Notes: generated from the sequence alone by a model not told the origin. Positions 1 through 9,475 are shown, counted from the stretch's first letter. The stretch: DNA of 64,000 bases from an uncultured Pelagibacteraceae bacterium (GCA_902629575.1 CACORJ010000004.1:19509-83508); one strand, 5' to 3'. Translations and numbers: made by a program.

Positions 1-1
1 T

Positions 2-277
2 AGTTATGAAAACATCAAAAACAAATTTGAATTATTCAAAATTAACAAAATAAAGATTATTTCTGATGAAAAGGGACAATTTAATGAGCATCTTGGAGTT
101 CTGAATAGCATCAATGGTAATGAAAATTTTATATATTCTTACATGGCAATTATTACTGATGGAATTATTGAAAAATGGTGGGAAGAACTCAAAAGTACTG
201 GTAAAGATCTCAAAAAAGAAAAATATATAGAAACATCTGCTGAAAACTCTATAAATTATTTATCTGGAACAGAGTAG
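2..277 (+). CDS. 3' end of a peroxiredoxin/redoxin-like protein (partial)
   Basis: Frame open from the window edge to TAG 275-277; ISDEKGQF...YMAIITDGIIEKWWEE...ETSAENSINYL resembles the Prx5-type C-terminus. Confidence 0.55.
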   Translation, partial: SYENIKNKFELFKINKIKIISDEKGQFNEHLGVLNSINGNENFIYSYMAIITDGIIEKWWEELKSTGKDLKKEKYIETSAENSINYLSGTE

Positions 278-317
278 CTAAAAAAATATAAGATGGTTTA
301 TAATATAAACTTAGGAT

Positions 318-1943
318 ATGTTTAGACATTTAAATATTTGGTTTTTATCATCTTTTTTTATATCATTTATTGTAATTGTTCCAATATTGACTGTATTTTC
401 TAGTTTTTTTGAAAATACTTCTAATTATTTTGAAATACTAAAAAATACTTTTCTTTTTGAATATACTTTAAATTCATTAATTCTGTTAACGAGTGTTCTT
501 ATTTTTACATTCATAATTGGTACAGTTTCTGCTTACTTAGTTTCTTTTTATGAATTTCCATTTAGTAACTTCTTTAAATGGGGTCTTATTTTATCCTTTG
601 CAGTTCCCCCTTATATTTACGCTTATTCTTTAACAGCTTTTTTTGAAAATTATGGTACCGCATACACAATTTTAAAAAATCTTTTTGGAGAGGGAAGTTA
701 TAATAAGTATATCCCTAAATTTGATGGGATGTTAGGAAGCATTATTTCTATTTCCTTTTCTTTATTTGGTTATGTATATATTTTAACAAGAGCATCATTT
801 CTTTATCAATCTCAAAATTTAATTGATTTAGGAAAAAATTTAGGTTTTTCAGGTTTTAGATTATTTTCCTCAATAATTTTACCCTCAGCTAGACCAGCAA
901 TTGTTGCTGGACTATCTTTGGTAGCAATGGAAACTTTAGCTGAATTTGGGGCGGTTGATTTTTTTTCGATTAATACCTTAACAACCGGTATTTATAATTC
1001 ATGGATAGCTTTTGATGACTTGGCTTTTGCAAATCAACTTTCATTTTTTCTTTTACTATTTATTTTTGCTCTATTCATATTAGAAAATATATCTAGAAAA
1101 AATGCAAAATATCATTTTAATTCAAGAGGAGGATTTAAGAGGAAAAAGAAAATTCTATTAAATAAATATGCTGCCTTTTGGGCTTTGATCTTTTGTTTTT
1201 TTATTTTCTTTATGAGTTTTTTGTTTCCATTAAGTCAAATGCTATACTGGACAATTAAGTTTCCTGAAAATTTATTAAGCCTCAATGTAACTGGATTGTT
1301 CTTAAATACTGTTTATCTTGTTTTTTTCTCAAGTTTAATTTTAATTATATTTTCTTTAATTTCTAATTATGGAAATAGAGTTTCAAACAACAAATTTTTA
1401 AATATTTTATCAACTTTATCAATTTCGGGTTACGCCATACCTGGAGTTATTTTAGCTATCGCTTTTATAACTTTTGTAGCTTGGATTGATGAAGATATAA
1501 TTAAAACCCTTGGTTTATCATCTATTAAAAAATTTTTTATTGGTTCGATCCTTGGATTAATTTTAGTTTATTTTATTAGGTTTTACTCTTTAGCTTTCAA
1601 TGGAATAAAATCAGGATATGAAAAAATAAATATTTATGTAGATGAAAGTGCTTATTTATTAGGTTACTCGAAAAGAAAAACATTTATGAATATACATGTT
1701 CCTTTTCTAAGAAATTCATTGTTATTTGTTGGAATACTTGTATCGCTTGAGATTATAAGAGAATTACCTATTGCTTTAATTTTAAGACCTTTTAATTTTG
1801 AGACATTTGCCACTACGGCATATATTTCAGCTTCTGAGGATCTATTAGAGGCTGCAGCTGTGCCATCATTATTTTTGATTATTATTGCAACATTATTTAT
1901 TATGATTTCATCAAAATATATTTTAAGAGATAACCATGAGTAA
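318..1943 (+). CDS. fbpB: Fe3+ ABC transporter permease (FbpB/SfuB type)
   Basis: Two fused permease halves with EAA-like loops; ARPAIVAGLSLVAMETLAEFG motif. Confidence 0.9.
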   Translation: MFRHLNIWFLSSFFISFIVIVPILTVFSSFFENTSNYFEILKNTFLFEYTLNSLILLTSVLIFTFIIGTVSAYLVSFYEFPFSNFFKWGLILSFAVPPYIYAYSLTAFFENYGTAYTILKNLFGEGSYNKYIPKFDGMLGSIISISFSLFGYVYILTRASFLYQSQNLIDLGKNLGFSGFRLFSSIILPSARPAIVAGLSLVAMETLAEFGAVDFFSINTLTTGIYNSWIAFDDLAFANQLSFFLLLFIFALFILENISRKNAKYHFNSRGGFKRKKKILLNKYAAFWALIFCFFIFFMSFLFPLSQMLYWTIKFPENLLSLNVTGLFLNTVYLVFFSSLILIIFSLISNYGNRVSNNKFLNILSTLSISGYAIPGVILAIAFITFVAWIDEDIIKTLGLSSIKKFFIGSILGLILVYFIRFYSLAFNGIKSGYEKINIYVDESAYLLGYSKRKTFMNIHVPFLRNSLLFVGILVSLEIIRELPIALILRPFNFETFATTAYISASEDLLEAAAVPSLFLIIIATLFIMISSKYILRDNHE

Positions 1944-2991
1944 GAATTTTTTTGAAATTAAAGATGTTAATTTTGCAATTGGTGGAAAAGAAAAAGTCAA
2001 AAATGTAAATATTTATATTGAAAAAGAGGGTGATATAATTTGTTTACTAGGACCGTCAGGCATTGGTAAGACAACAATTTTGAGAACTATTGCTGGTCTT
2101 GAAAAAATTAATAAGGGTCAAATAACGCTAAAAGATAAGATTATTTCTTCAGATAAAATTCACATTGAACCAGAGAAAAGAAATATTGCACTTTCTTTTC
2201 AAGAAAATTCTTTATTTCCACATTATACTGTAGAGAAGAATATTCGTTTAGGAGAAAAAAAAATTTCGAGTGATAAAAATATTAATTTCAAAGATATCAT
2301 TAACATTCTAAATCTTAATAATGTTCTAAATAAATATCCACATCAAATAAGTGCTGGGGAGTCTCAGAGAGCATCTTTAGCGCGATCTTTAATTTCTGAA
2401 CCAGATCTATTACTATTAGATGAGCCTCTCTCAAATGTAGATCAAAGTTTTAAGGAAGATATACAAGTTGAGTTAAAAAAGATTCTTAAACAAAAAAAAA
2501 TTTCAACTATTATTGTCACACATGATTCTTACGAAGCGTTTTATCTAGGAAACAAATGTGCTTTAATTTTAGAAAATGAAGTTAAACAATTTGATGACCC
2601 ATATAATGTGTATCATTTTCCTAATTCAATAGAGGTTGTAAATTTTTTAAACCGAGGAATTTTGCTACCTGCGAAAGTTACTGGCGGAGACACACTCGAA
2701 AATGATGATTTAGGGATAATAAAAGGAAAATTTATAAAACATTATCCAACTGGTTCAGAGGTAAGGTTATTACTTCAACCAGAGGATTTAGAGCACGACG
2801 ATGATAGCAATCTACAGCTAGAGGTTGTTGATAGAAAATTTAGAGGTACAAATTTTATATATACACTAAAAACGCAAAGTAATTTGTTAATCCCTGTTGC
2901 TGTGCATACTCACCATTGGGAACAGCACGAAATTCATGAAAAATTTGGAATTAAAAGACCAATTCAACTTGAACATATAGTTTGTTTTTAA
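1936..2991 (+). CDS. fbpC: Fe3+ ABC transporter ATP-binding subunit
   Basis: Walker A GPSGIGKT, ISAGESQR signature, LLLLDEP; overlaps the permease stop. Confidence 0.88.
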   Translation: MSKNFFEIKDVNFAIGGKEKVKNVNIYIEKEGDIICLLGPSGIGKTTILRTIAGLEKINKGQITLKDKIISSDKIHIEPEKRNIALSFQENSLFPHYTVEKNIRLGEKKISSDKNINFKDIINILNLNNVLNKYPHQISAGESQRASLARSLISEPDLLLLDEPLSNVDQSFKEDIQVELKKILKQKKISTIIVTHDSYEAFYLGNKCALILENEVKQFDDPYNVYHFPNSIEVVNFLNRGILLPAKVTGGDTLENDDLGIIKGKFIKHYPTGSEVRLLLQPEDLEHDDDSNLQLEVVDRKFRGTNFIYTLKTQSNLLIPVAVHTHHWEQHEIHEKFGIKRPIQLEHIVCF

Positions 2992-3009
2992 TCATTTACT
3001 TTTAAGATT

Positions 3010-3705
3010 ATGAAAAAAAATTTAGAAATTTTTTTTGAAGGTGTTAAGGATGTGAGTCCTTTAATGATTCCAGTTGTGCCTTTTGGCTTAATTTTTGGGA
3101 TTTTAGCAATAGATATTGGTTTTAGTCCTTTGGCAACAATGGGAATGTCATTGATAATATTTGGGGGTGCATCACAAATAGTGCTTTTACAATTATTTTC
3201 TGGTGGAGCATCGTCCATTGTAATAATTAGTTCTGTAGGAGCAGTAAATTCAAGACATTTATTGTATGGAGCAGTTGTCTCTGAACATTTATCTGATTTA
3301 AGACTAATTTGGAAAATTATTATTTCATATTTTTTAATCGATCAAGCATTTGCTAGGTCAAATGATTACTTAAAAAAAAGCAAAGAAAAAAATAAATATT
3401 TTCACTTGATTGGAGGAGGAGCCACTTGTTGGATTATTTGGCAATCTACAACTTTATTAGGAATAATAGTAGGAGAGTCTATTCCAGAAAAGTTAGGTCT
3501 AAGTTTTGCTGTGCCACTTACTTTTATCGCAATTTTAGTAAATGACTTTAGAAAAATAATTAATGTTTTGGTTATAATTGTATCTGGCTTTGTAGCGACA
3601 ATAGGATTTAATTATATACCATATAAAGCATATGTAATAGTTGCATCTTTTTTTGGACTTTTGACTGCAATGATTTTAACTAAATTATTTGAAAAAAATG
3701 AATGA
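3010..3705 (+). CDS. azlC: AzlC family branched-chain amino acid exporter
   Basis: FGGASQ and VNSRHLLY motifs, hydrophobic. Confidence 0.9.
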   Translation: MKKNLEIFFEGVKDVSPLMIPVVPFGLIFGILAIDIGFSPLATMGMSLIIFGGASQIVLLQLFSGGASSIVIISSVGAVNSRHLLYGAVVSEHLSDLRLIWKIIISYFLIDQAFARSNDYLKKSKEKNKYFHLIGGGATCWIIWQSTTLLGIIVGESIPEKLGLSFAVPLTFIAILVNDFRKIINVLVIIVSGFVATIGFNYIPYKAYVIVASFFGLLTAMILTKLFEKNE

Positions 3706-4012
3706 ATGGGCATTAATAATTTACTGTGGTATCATCACTTATTTAACAAGATTTTCAATGATAGCTATACTGCGTAAAGAGATGTTTAATGATAGAATAA
3801 GAGAAATTTTATCGTATGTACCATCAGCAATATTTCCTGCAATAATATTTCCAGCAATTTTTTTAAATGATGCAGGAATTATTCATATAAATGACAATCC
3901 TAAGATATTAGCCTCTATGATTGCAATGATAATAGGTATTATTAGTAGAAGTATATTGGCAACTATATTTTCTGGATTAGCTTCATATTGGTTGATTATT
4001 TTTATTTTTTAA
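3698..4012 (+). CDS. azlD: AzlD family small subunit
   Basis: TYLTRF...LSYVPSAIF; follows azlC; ATG 3698 preferred over the track start. Confidence 0.85.
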   Translation: MNEWALIIYCGIITYLTRFSMIAILRKEMFNDRIREILSYVPSAIFPAIIFPAIFLNDAGIIHINDNPKILASMIAMIIGIISRSILATIFSGLASYWLIIFIF

Positions 4013-4058
4013 AAAATAAATAAATTGTTTTTTAAAATTTAAAATATATAATTTTTTG

Positions 4059-4445
4059 ATGCCTATTAAATCTTCTCAAACTCTTGTGATTGAAGCACTC
4101 AAAGAAATAAAAACCATAAATGCAGATGAGGCTTTTCAACTTTCAAATAAAGGAGCGTGTAATTTAATTGACATAAGAGATATTAGGGAGTTAGAAAAAG
4201 AGGGTAGAATTGAAAACTCTACTCATATACCTAGAGGAATGTTGGAATTCTGGTTAGATCCTGATAGTCCCTATTTTAAAGAGGGAAAATTAGATCAGAA
4301 TAAAGAACTAATATTATTTTGCGCTGGTGGATTGAGATCTGCATTAGCAGTAAAGTCTCTTAAAGAAATGGGTTTTGAAAAAATTTCTCATGTAGATGGA
4401 GGTTTTGCGGAACTAAAAAAACAAAAATTTAAAATATCAAAATAA
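4059..4445 (+). CDS. Single-domain rhodanese/sulfurtransferase
   Basis: IDIRD...HIPRGMLEF...FCAGGLRS...VDGGF. Confidence 0.9.
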   Translation: MPIKSSQTLVIEALKEIKTINADEAFQLSNKGACNLIDIRDIRELEKEGRIENSTHIPRGMLEFWLDPDSPYFKEGKLDQNKELILFCAGGLRSALAVKSLKEMGFEKISHVDGGFAELKKQKFKISK

Positions 4446-4468
4446 TCGAAAATTATTCAAGTATAATT

Positions 4469-5152
4469 TTAAATATTTCCTAAGTTTAGATTGCAAGAAA
4501 CATTATATTCTATTTTATCAGGCTTTTTAAGACTCAAATTATTCATTATATCAATATATTGATCTACATTATCGACTTGTAATCTGGGGTTAAATTTTTT
4601 CTCTTTTCCTATGGAACTTACTTTTTCACCTTTGTAATCATGAGCAGGGTACAAAAGGGTTTCATCAGGTAATTTTAAAAGCTTGTTAAATATTGAATTA
4701 TAGGAATCTTTCGAGTTACCATTTTGAAAGTCGGTTCGTCCTGTACCATTGATCAGTAAGGTATCTCCAGAGAAAAGATTATTATTCATTAAAAAACAAT
4801 AGCTATCAGATGTATGCCCAGGAGTAAAAAGAGCTCTAATTTTTATTTGATCTAGATAAATAACTTCATCATCTTTTACCTTAATTTCAACAGCGTCAGC
4901 AGGAGTATGATCCCCCATAATTGTTACACAATTAGTCTTTTTTTTAAGTTTACTCGCACCTGTAACATGATCGGCGTGAATATGAGTATCTATTACTTTA
5001 ACTAACCTGAGATCTAAATTCTTAAGTAATTTTATATATTCATCCACATTTTCAAATACTGGGTCAATTATTAGTGCTTCTCTTCCCTCAGATGAGGCAA
5101 TTAGGTACGTGTATGTGCAAGACTTTTGATCAAAAAGTTGTTTTAAAATCAT
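4469..5152 (-). CDS. Persulfide dioxygenase (ETHE1-like MBL fold)
   Basis: TYTYL, DTHIHADH, TPGHT, GTGRTDFQ, PAHDY. Confidence 0.88.
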   Translation of the reverse strand: MILKQLFDQKSCTYTYLIASSEGREALIIDPVFENVDEYIKLLKNLDLRLVKVIDTHIHADHVTGASKLKKKTNCVTIMGDHTPADAVEIKVKDDEVIYLDQIKIRALFTPGHTSDSYCFLMNNNLFSGDTLLINGTGRTDFQNGNSKDSYNSIFNKLLKLPDETLLYPAHDYKGEKVSSIGKEKKFNPRLQVDNVDQYIDIMNNLSLKKPDKIEYNVSCNLNLGNI

Positions 5153-5174
5153 TCGATTAGATTATCATATTACA

Positions 5175-5612
5175 ATGCAAACTGCTACATTTGACTGGTA
5201 TTGTAAATACACTTGGCAACGAAGTGCAAAAAATACTGCTTGGTGTTTATTAGGCTGTGCAATTGGAGATTTTGGAACAATTTTATTTTTTCAATTAACA
5301 AAGATCCCTTTTCCAGTTCTCGCAATAATGATTCTAGCAATTATAAATGGATTAATTACTAGCATTATTTTAGAAACTTTTATTTTAGTAAGACAAGGTA
5401 TTAATTTTAGCAAATCATTGCAAACAGCTCTTAGTATGAGTTTTATATCAATGATTAGTATGGAAATTTCTATGAATTTAGTTGATTTTCTTTTAACCGG
5501 AGGTGCAATATTAAACTGGTGGATTATTTTAATTATGTTAGCAGTTGGTTTCGTAACTCCCTGGCCATATAATTATTGGAGATTAAAAAAATTTGGAATC
5601 AGCTGTCATTAA
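5175..5612 (+). CDS. DUF4396-like membrane protein
   Basis: TAWCLLGCAIGD, SMISMEISMN, PWPYNYWRL. Confidence 0.75.
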   Translation: MQTATFDWYCKYTWQRSAKNTAWCLLGCAIGDFGTILFFQLTKIPFPVLAIMILAIINGLITSIILETFILVRQGINFSKSLQTALSMSFISMISMEISMNLVDFLLTGGAILNWWIILIMLAVGFVTPWPYNYWRLKKFGISCH

Positions 5613-6312
5613 AAATTGGGATAATAAAACTTGGATTTCATCAAAGAAATATATTTCTTTGTTAAATTCTTTATTAATAAAATCAAATAAACTAAATATA
5701 AATTCAAAAATTATAGATATCGGATGCGGACGGGGAAGAATTATTGGTAGTTTAAGTTCAAAACTTAATCTTAAATATAAACCGATTGGTATAGATTTAG
5801 TAAATCACAAAGATAAAGACAAAAGAATCGATTTTAAAAAAATCGATGCCTTATCTTTTTTTTCTACAAACAAGAAAAAATTTGACTTAATTTTAATTAA
5901 ACAAACAATTCATTTGTTAAAATTAAGTGATATTAACACTTTACTTATTCAATTAAAAAAACATTTAAGTCCCAAAGGAAAAATAATAATATTTATGATA
6001 AGTCCTTATAAAAATGAATTACCCCAATTTTCATTAATGAAAAAAAAGTTTTTGAAATCATTGAAGTATCAAAAAAAAATTTCTAAGCTAATTTCAAAAA
6101 TTTATCCTCAAAGAACTTTAAGAAACTTTACTTATAAAGTAAATATCACCAAAAAAGAATACATGAATATGATTTCAAATAGATATATGTCTACATTACT
6201 TGATCTAAATTATAGTCAAATTTTAGAAGGTATTAATGAAATAAATTTAAAGTATAAGAAAACCCTAAAATTTAAGGATAAATTAATTTGTATAATTATA
6301 AAAAATAAATAA
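5593..6312 (+). CDS. Class I SAM-dependent methyltransferase
   Basis: IIDIGCGRG motif I, FDLIL, LSPKGKI. Confidence 0.85.
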   Translation: MESAVIKNWDNKTWISSKKYISLLNSLLIKSNKLNINSKIIDIGCGRGRIIGSLSSKLNLKYKPIGIDLVNHKDKDKRIDFKKIDALSFFSTNKKKFDLILIKQTIHLLKLSDINTLLIQLKKHLSPKGKIIIFMISPYKNELPQFSLMKKKFLKSLKYQKKISKLISKIYPQRTLRNFTYKVNITKKEYMNMISNRYMSTLLDLNYSQILEGINEINLKYKKTLKFKDKLICIIIKNK

Positions 6313-6322
6313 TAATATAAAT

Positions 6323-6733
6323 ATGAATAATATATTTAAAAAATTTAATAATTTTTTTTTAAATTTTGAGGCTTTAGGACCTTTGTCCTTAAGAATTATA
6401 GTTGGGGTAGCTTTCATTATTTATGGCTACGGCAAGTTTCCATTACCACCTCAAGGACTTACTGAATATTTTGGTTTATCCCCATTTATTGCAAGTATGG
6501 TAGCGATTTCTGAATTATCTACAGGAATTATATTAATTGTTGCAAATTTTCTAAAGAATTCACTTGGTCATACTCTAACAAGACTTGCAGGTTTAAATAT
6601 AGTTGTACTGATGGTGTGTATTTTTTTTGTGGCTCATAGAGATTGGTTTGTAACTAAGCAATTATTCACAAGTATCCAGCTATTTCTTCTTGTTGGAGGT
6701 TTTTATTTTTTAATTAAAGGAAATAAAGTATGA
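6323..6733 (+). CDS. DoxX family membrane protein
   Basis: LRIIVGVAFIIYGYGKF, four TM segments. Confidence 0.8.
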   Translation: MNNIFKKFNNFFLNFEALGPLSLRIIVGVAFIIYGYGKFPLPPQGLTEYFGLSPFIASMVAISELSTGIILIVANFLKNSLGHTLTRLAGLNIVVLMVCIFFVAHRDWFVTKQLFTSIQLFLLVGGFYFLIKGNKV

Positions 6734-7254
6734 AATTAAAATTTTTAACGATAAATTATTTTTTTATTATTTTTTTAACATTTCTTTTTTCAACAAACTC
6801 ATATTCAGCTTCGATGAGTATGATTGGTGAAAAAGGAGATCCAAATAAAGTTGATAGAATTATAAAAGTAAAAATGTATGATAATTATTATGAACCAAAT
6901 CTGGTAAAAATTAAAAAAGGAGAGACAATAAAATTTATTGTAGAAAATCTGGGTGAACTTGTTCATGAATATAATATTGGAACAAAAGAAATGCATTTAG
7001 AACATCGACCAGAGATGCAAAAGTTAATTGACCATGAAATATTATTAGTTGATAAAATTGATAAAATTAAAATGAAAAAGATGTCAAAAATGGATCACTC
7101 TTTAGGTCATTCACATGCAAATAGTATAATGCTCGAGCCAAAAACGAGTGGTGAAATTATATGGAGATTTTCTAAAAATATTAATTTAGAAATAGCATGT
7201 AATATTCCTGGACACTATGAGTCAGGCATGGTTGGTAAATTAATAACTCACTAA
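6730..7254 (+). CDS. Periplasmic cupredoxin (CopI-like)
   Basis: Signal peptide, VHEY, His/Met-rich loop, ACNIPGHYESGM. Confidence 0.85.
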   Translation: MKLKFLTINYFFIIFLTFLFSTNSYSASMSMIGEKGDPNKVDRIIKVKMYDNYYEPNLVKIKKGETIKFIVENLGELVHEYNIGTKEMHLEHRPEMQKLIDHEILLVDKIDKIKMKKMSKMDHSLGHSHANSIMLEPKTSGEIIWRFSKNINLEIACNIPGHYESGMVGKLITH

Positions 7255-7269
7255 ATTAAAAAATCAATT

Positions 7270-7309
7270 AGAGGTTCGCTCTTTTAGTTCCTACCAAAAG
7301 AGCTCCTCT
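7270..7309. terminator. Hairpin between the cupredoxin gene and the convergent micro-ORF unit
   Basis: gagg-ttc-gctctttt...aaaagagc-t-cctc stem; no clear U tract. Confidence 0.5.
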
Positions 7310-7382
7310 ATTTAGCCTCTTTGGCATTAAATCCAAATGGATTTTTATGTGATTTATTTTTGATAAATATAAAGTTAGCCAG

Positions 7383-7409
7383 CTAAGTATCAGGTGGCAT
7401 TAGTTCCAT
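7383..7409 (-). CDS. Putative micro-ORF MELMPPDT (33 aa to 7308 if the first TAG is read through or is an error)
   Basis: Perfect AAGGAGG SD at 7418-7424 and a promoter directly upstream. Confidence 0.4.
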   Translation of the reverse strand: MELMPPDT

Positions 7410-7430
7410 TATAATAACCTCCTTAATGTA

Positions 7431-7521
7431 AAGATAAATTTTTAACGAGTTGTATTCAATAAATTTATTTAATTTTTAGCAAAATATATTTCTTGAATAC
7501 AACCTTGTGCTTTAGTAGATT
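7431..7521. promoter_or_regulatory. Back-to-back sigma70-like promoters with an 11-bp inverted repeat over both -35 boxes
   Basis: Minus: TTGAAT(7459-7454)-17-TATCTT(7436-7431). Plus: TTGAAT(7493-7498)-17-TAGATT(7516-7521). GTTGTATTCAA 7449-7459 and TTGAATACAAC 7493-7503. Confidence 0.6.
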
Positions 7522-7594
7522 CTCGACAATCTAAAATTCCAAAAATATTCATAAGTTTATTCCTTTACAATAATTTAAATAAAGTATAAGAATT

Positions 7595-7666
7595 TTTTAA
7601 GGGGTGTCTAAATAAGACTGAGATCATACCCTTAGAACCTGTCCGGTAATTCAGAAAGGGATTAAA
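7595..7666 (+). ncRNA. TPP riboswitch (compact)
   Basis: GGGGTGTC...GACTGAGATCATACCCTTAGAACCTG...TAAT...AGGGA core, ending at the thiV start codon. Confidence 0.9.
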
Positions 7667-9105
7667 TGAGTAAAATATATTTTTTAGATCAATCAACATC
7701 TTTATTTTTATTAATAATAATAAGTTTATTTTTTACTGTAGTCGGCATTTATTACTCAAAAAAATTTCAAGGAATTAATAATTATCTAACAGCTAATAGA
7801 AATGTAAGTTTATTCTCTTTAACCACGAGTTTAATTGGATCAGCATTAGGAGCTTGGATTTTATTTGGTCCTGTTGCAGCTGCCACATGGGGAGGCCTTG
7901 GAGCTGTGATTGGATATGCCTTAGGTACAGCATTTCCTATGATATTCTTTATTTATTTGGGAAAAAAAATTAGAGAGGAATTTCCCAATGGCTCCTCCTT
8001 AGTAGAGTTTATGAGAAGAAAATTTGGTAAAAGTTTATTTAAGCTTATTTTATTAATGACTATTTTTTATATGTTTATTTTTTTATGTGCAGAGGTAACT
8101 GCAATAGCAGTTTTAATAAATTTTTTATCTGGAACAAAACTTTGGATTACTGCTTTAATAGTTTTATTAGCTACACTCTCATATACCTTGCATGGTGGTT
8201 TAAAAGCTTCAATTTTAACAGACAACATTCAGATGGTTGCAATTTTACTCTTATTGCTCGCTCTTTTTGTAGTAATTAGTTCATCAAATGGAAATAATTT
8301 TTCTTTGAGTTTTATAAACGAAAAAAATCCACATTTGTTAAGTTTATCATACATTCCAAGTTACACAGCTGGAATAACATTTTTTATAGCAGTAGCTGCA
8401 ACAAATTTATTTCATCAAGGAAATTGGCAAAGAATATATGCTGCTAAAAATTATGAAACTCTAAAAACAAGTTTAAAAATTTCTTTTTTTGCTATTGTGC
8501 CAATTGTTTTTTTAATGGGATTTATTGGAATGGTTTCCTTTTCAATAGATCCTACTATTAGAGCAGATCTCGGTTTTTTTTCGTTATTATTGACAAAACA
8601 AAGTACATTTATTTCTCTGTTAATTTTAATCCTTGGTCTTGCTCTAACAATTTCAACAATTGATACTTTAGTGAATGCAATTTCTAGTTTATTTGTTGTA
8701 GATGGCGAAGCGACTTTTAATTTTAAAAATACTAATTATTTAATTATATCTAAATATTTTATAATTTTTTTATCATTAATTTCTTTTATTATTGCGTCAA
8801 AAGGTTTTGATGTTTTATATTTATTTTTACTAGCTGATTTGTTTTGTTGTGCTTTTGTTGTTACGGTTTTTTATAGTTTTTATTATAAGAACATTAAAGA
8901 AAAAACTGCATATCTCTCAATAATTATTGGCCTTATAAGCGGTCTTTTATTTTTTCCATCACCTGATTATTCAAAGAGTTTATTAGTTGGTTATTTATTA
9001 CCAAAAGAAATATTTGCTCCTTTTATTTCTCAATCGTTATTATTTTTATCTTTTATAATTGCTACTTTTTTACCTGTAGTCATTCTTAAAATCAGAAGAA
9101 TCTAA
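7666..9105 (+). CDS. thiV: Sodium:solute symporter ThiV (thiamine pyrimidine precursor uptake)
   Basis: SSS motifs (YLTANR, GGLKASILTD, WQRIYAAK) under a TPP riboswitch. Confidence 0.85.
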   Translation: MSKIYFLDQSTSLFLLIIISLFFTVVGIYYSKKFQGINNYLTANRNVSLFSLTTSLIGSALGAWILFGPVAAATWGGLGAVIGYALGTAFPMIFFIYLGKKIREEFPNGSSLVEFMRRKFGKSLFKLILLMTIFYMFIFLCAEVTAIAVLINFLSGTKLWITALIVLLATLSYTLHGGLKASILTDNIQMVAILLLLLALFVVISSSNGNNFSLSFINEKNPHLLSLSYIPSYTAGITFFIAVAATNLFHQGNWQRIYAAKNYETLKTSLKISFFAIVPIVFLMGFIGMVSFSIDPTIRADLGFFSLLLTKQSTFISLLILILGLALTISTIDTLVNAISSLFVVDGEATFNFKNTNYLIISKYFIIFLSLISFIIASKGFDVLYLFLLADLFCCAFVVTVFYSFYYKNIKEKTAYLSIIIGLISGLLFFPSPDYSKSLLVGYLLPKEIFAPFISQSLLFLSFIIATFLPVVILKIRRI

Positions 9106-9106
9106 A

Positions 9107-9475
9107 CTATATCGAAGATTGTATTGCTTCGTAAATTAATTCTTTGGTTGTTTCACCAATACTTCTATAAACTTCTTTATTATCCTTAAAAATTAATAGC
9201 GTTGTTTGATATTGAACATCAAAAAAATTTGCAATTTCCTTATCTGTAACATCAAATGAGAAATACTCAATATTTACAAAATCATCTTTTACTTTTTTTA
9301 AAACTTTCATTTGACTTGCGCATGAACTACAATATTTTATCCAGGAACTTACAACTACAATTTTTCCATTTGTTTGAGCTTTATTAAATAATTCTTTGTC
9401 AAAAGTTGTTTTTTTTTCACTAGCATTTACACTAAGTGTAATTATACAAAAAGCTAATATTAATAAGTTTTTCAT
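9107..9475 (-). CDS. Exported thioredoxin-fold protein
   Basis: Signal peptide, WIKYCSSC (CxxC), QTTLLIFK. Confidence 0.8.
   Translation of the reverse strand: MKNLLILAFCIITLSVNASEKKTTFDKELFNKAQTNGKIVVVSSWIKYCSSCASQMKVLKKVKDDFVNIEYFSFDVTDKEIANFFDVQYQTTLLIFKDNKEVYRSIGETTKELIYEAIQSSI

Noticed and set aside
7383-7385. Pyrrolysine or genetic-code reassignment of TAG
   Set aside because: TAG is a normal stop elsewhere in the window (aceA, amtB, dctM) and no pyl genes are present
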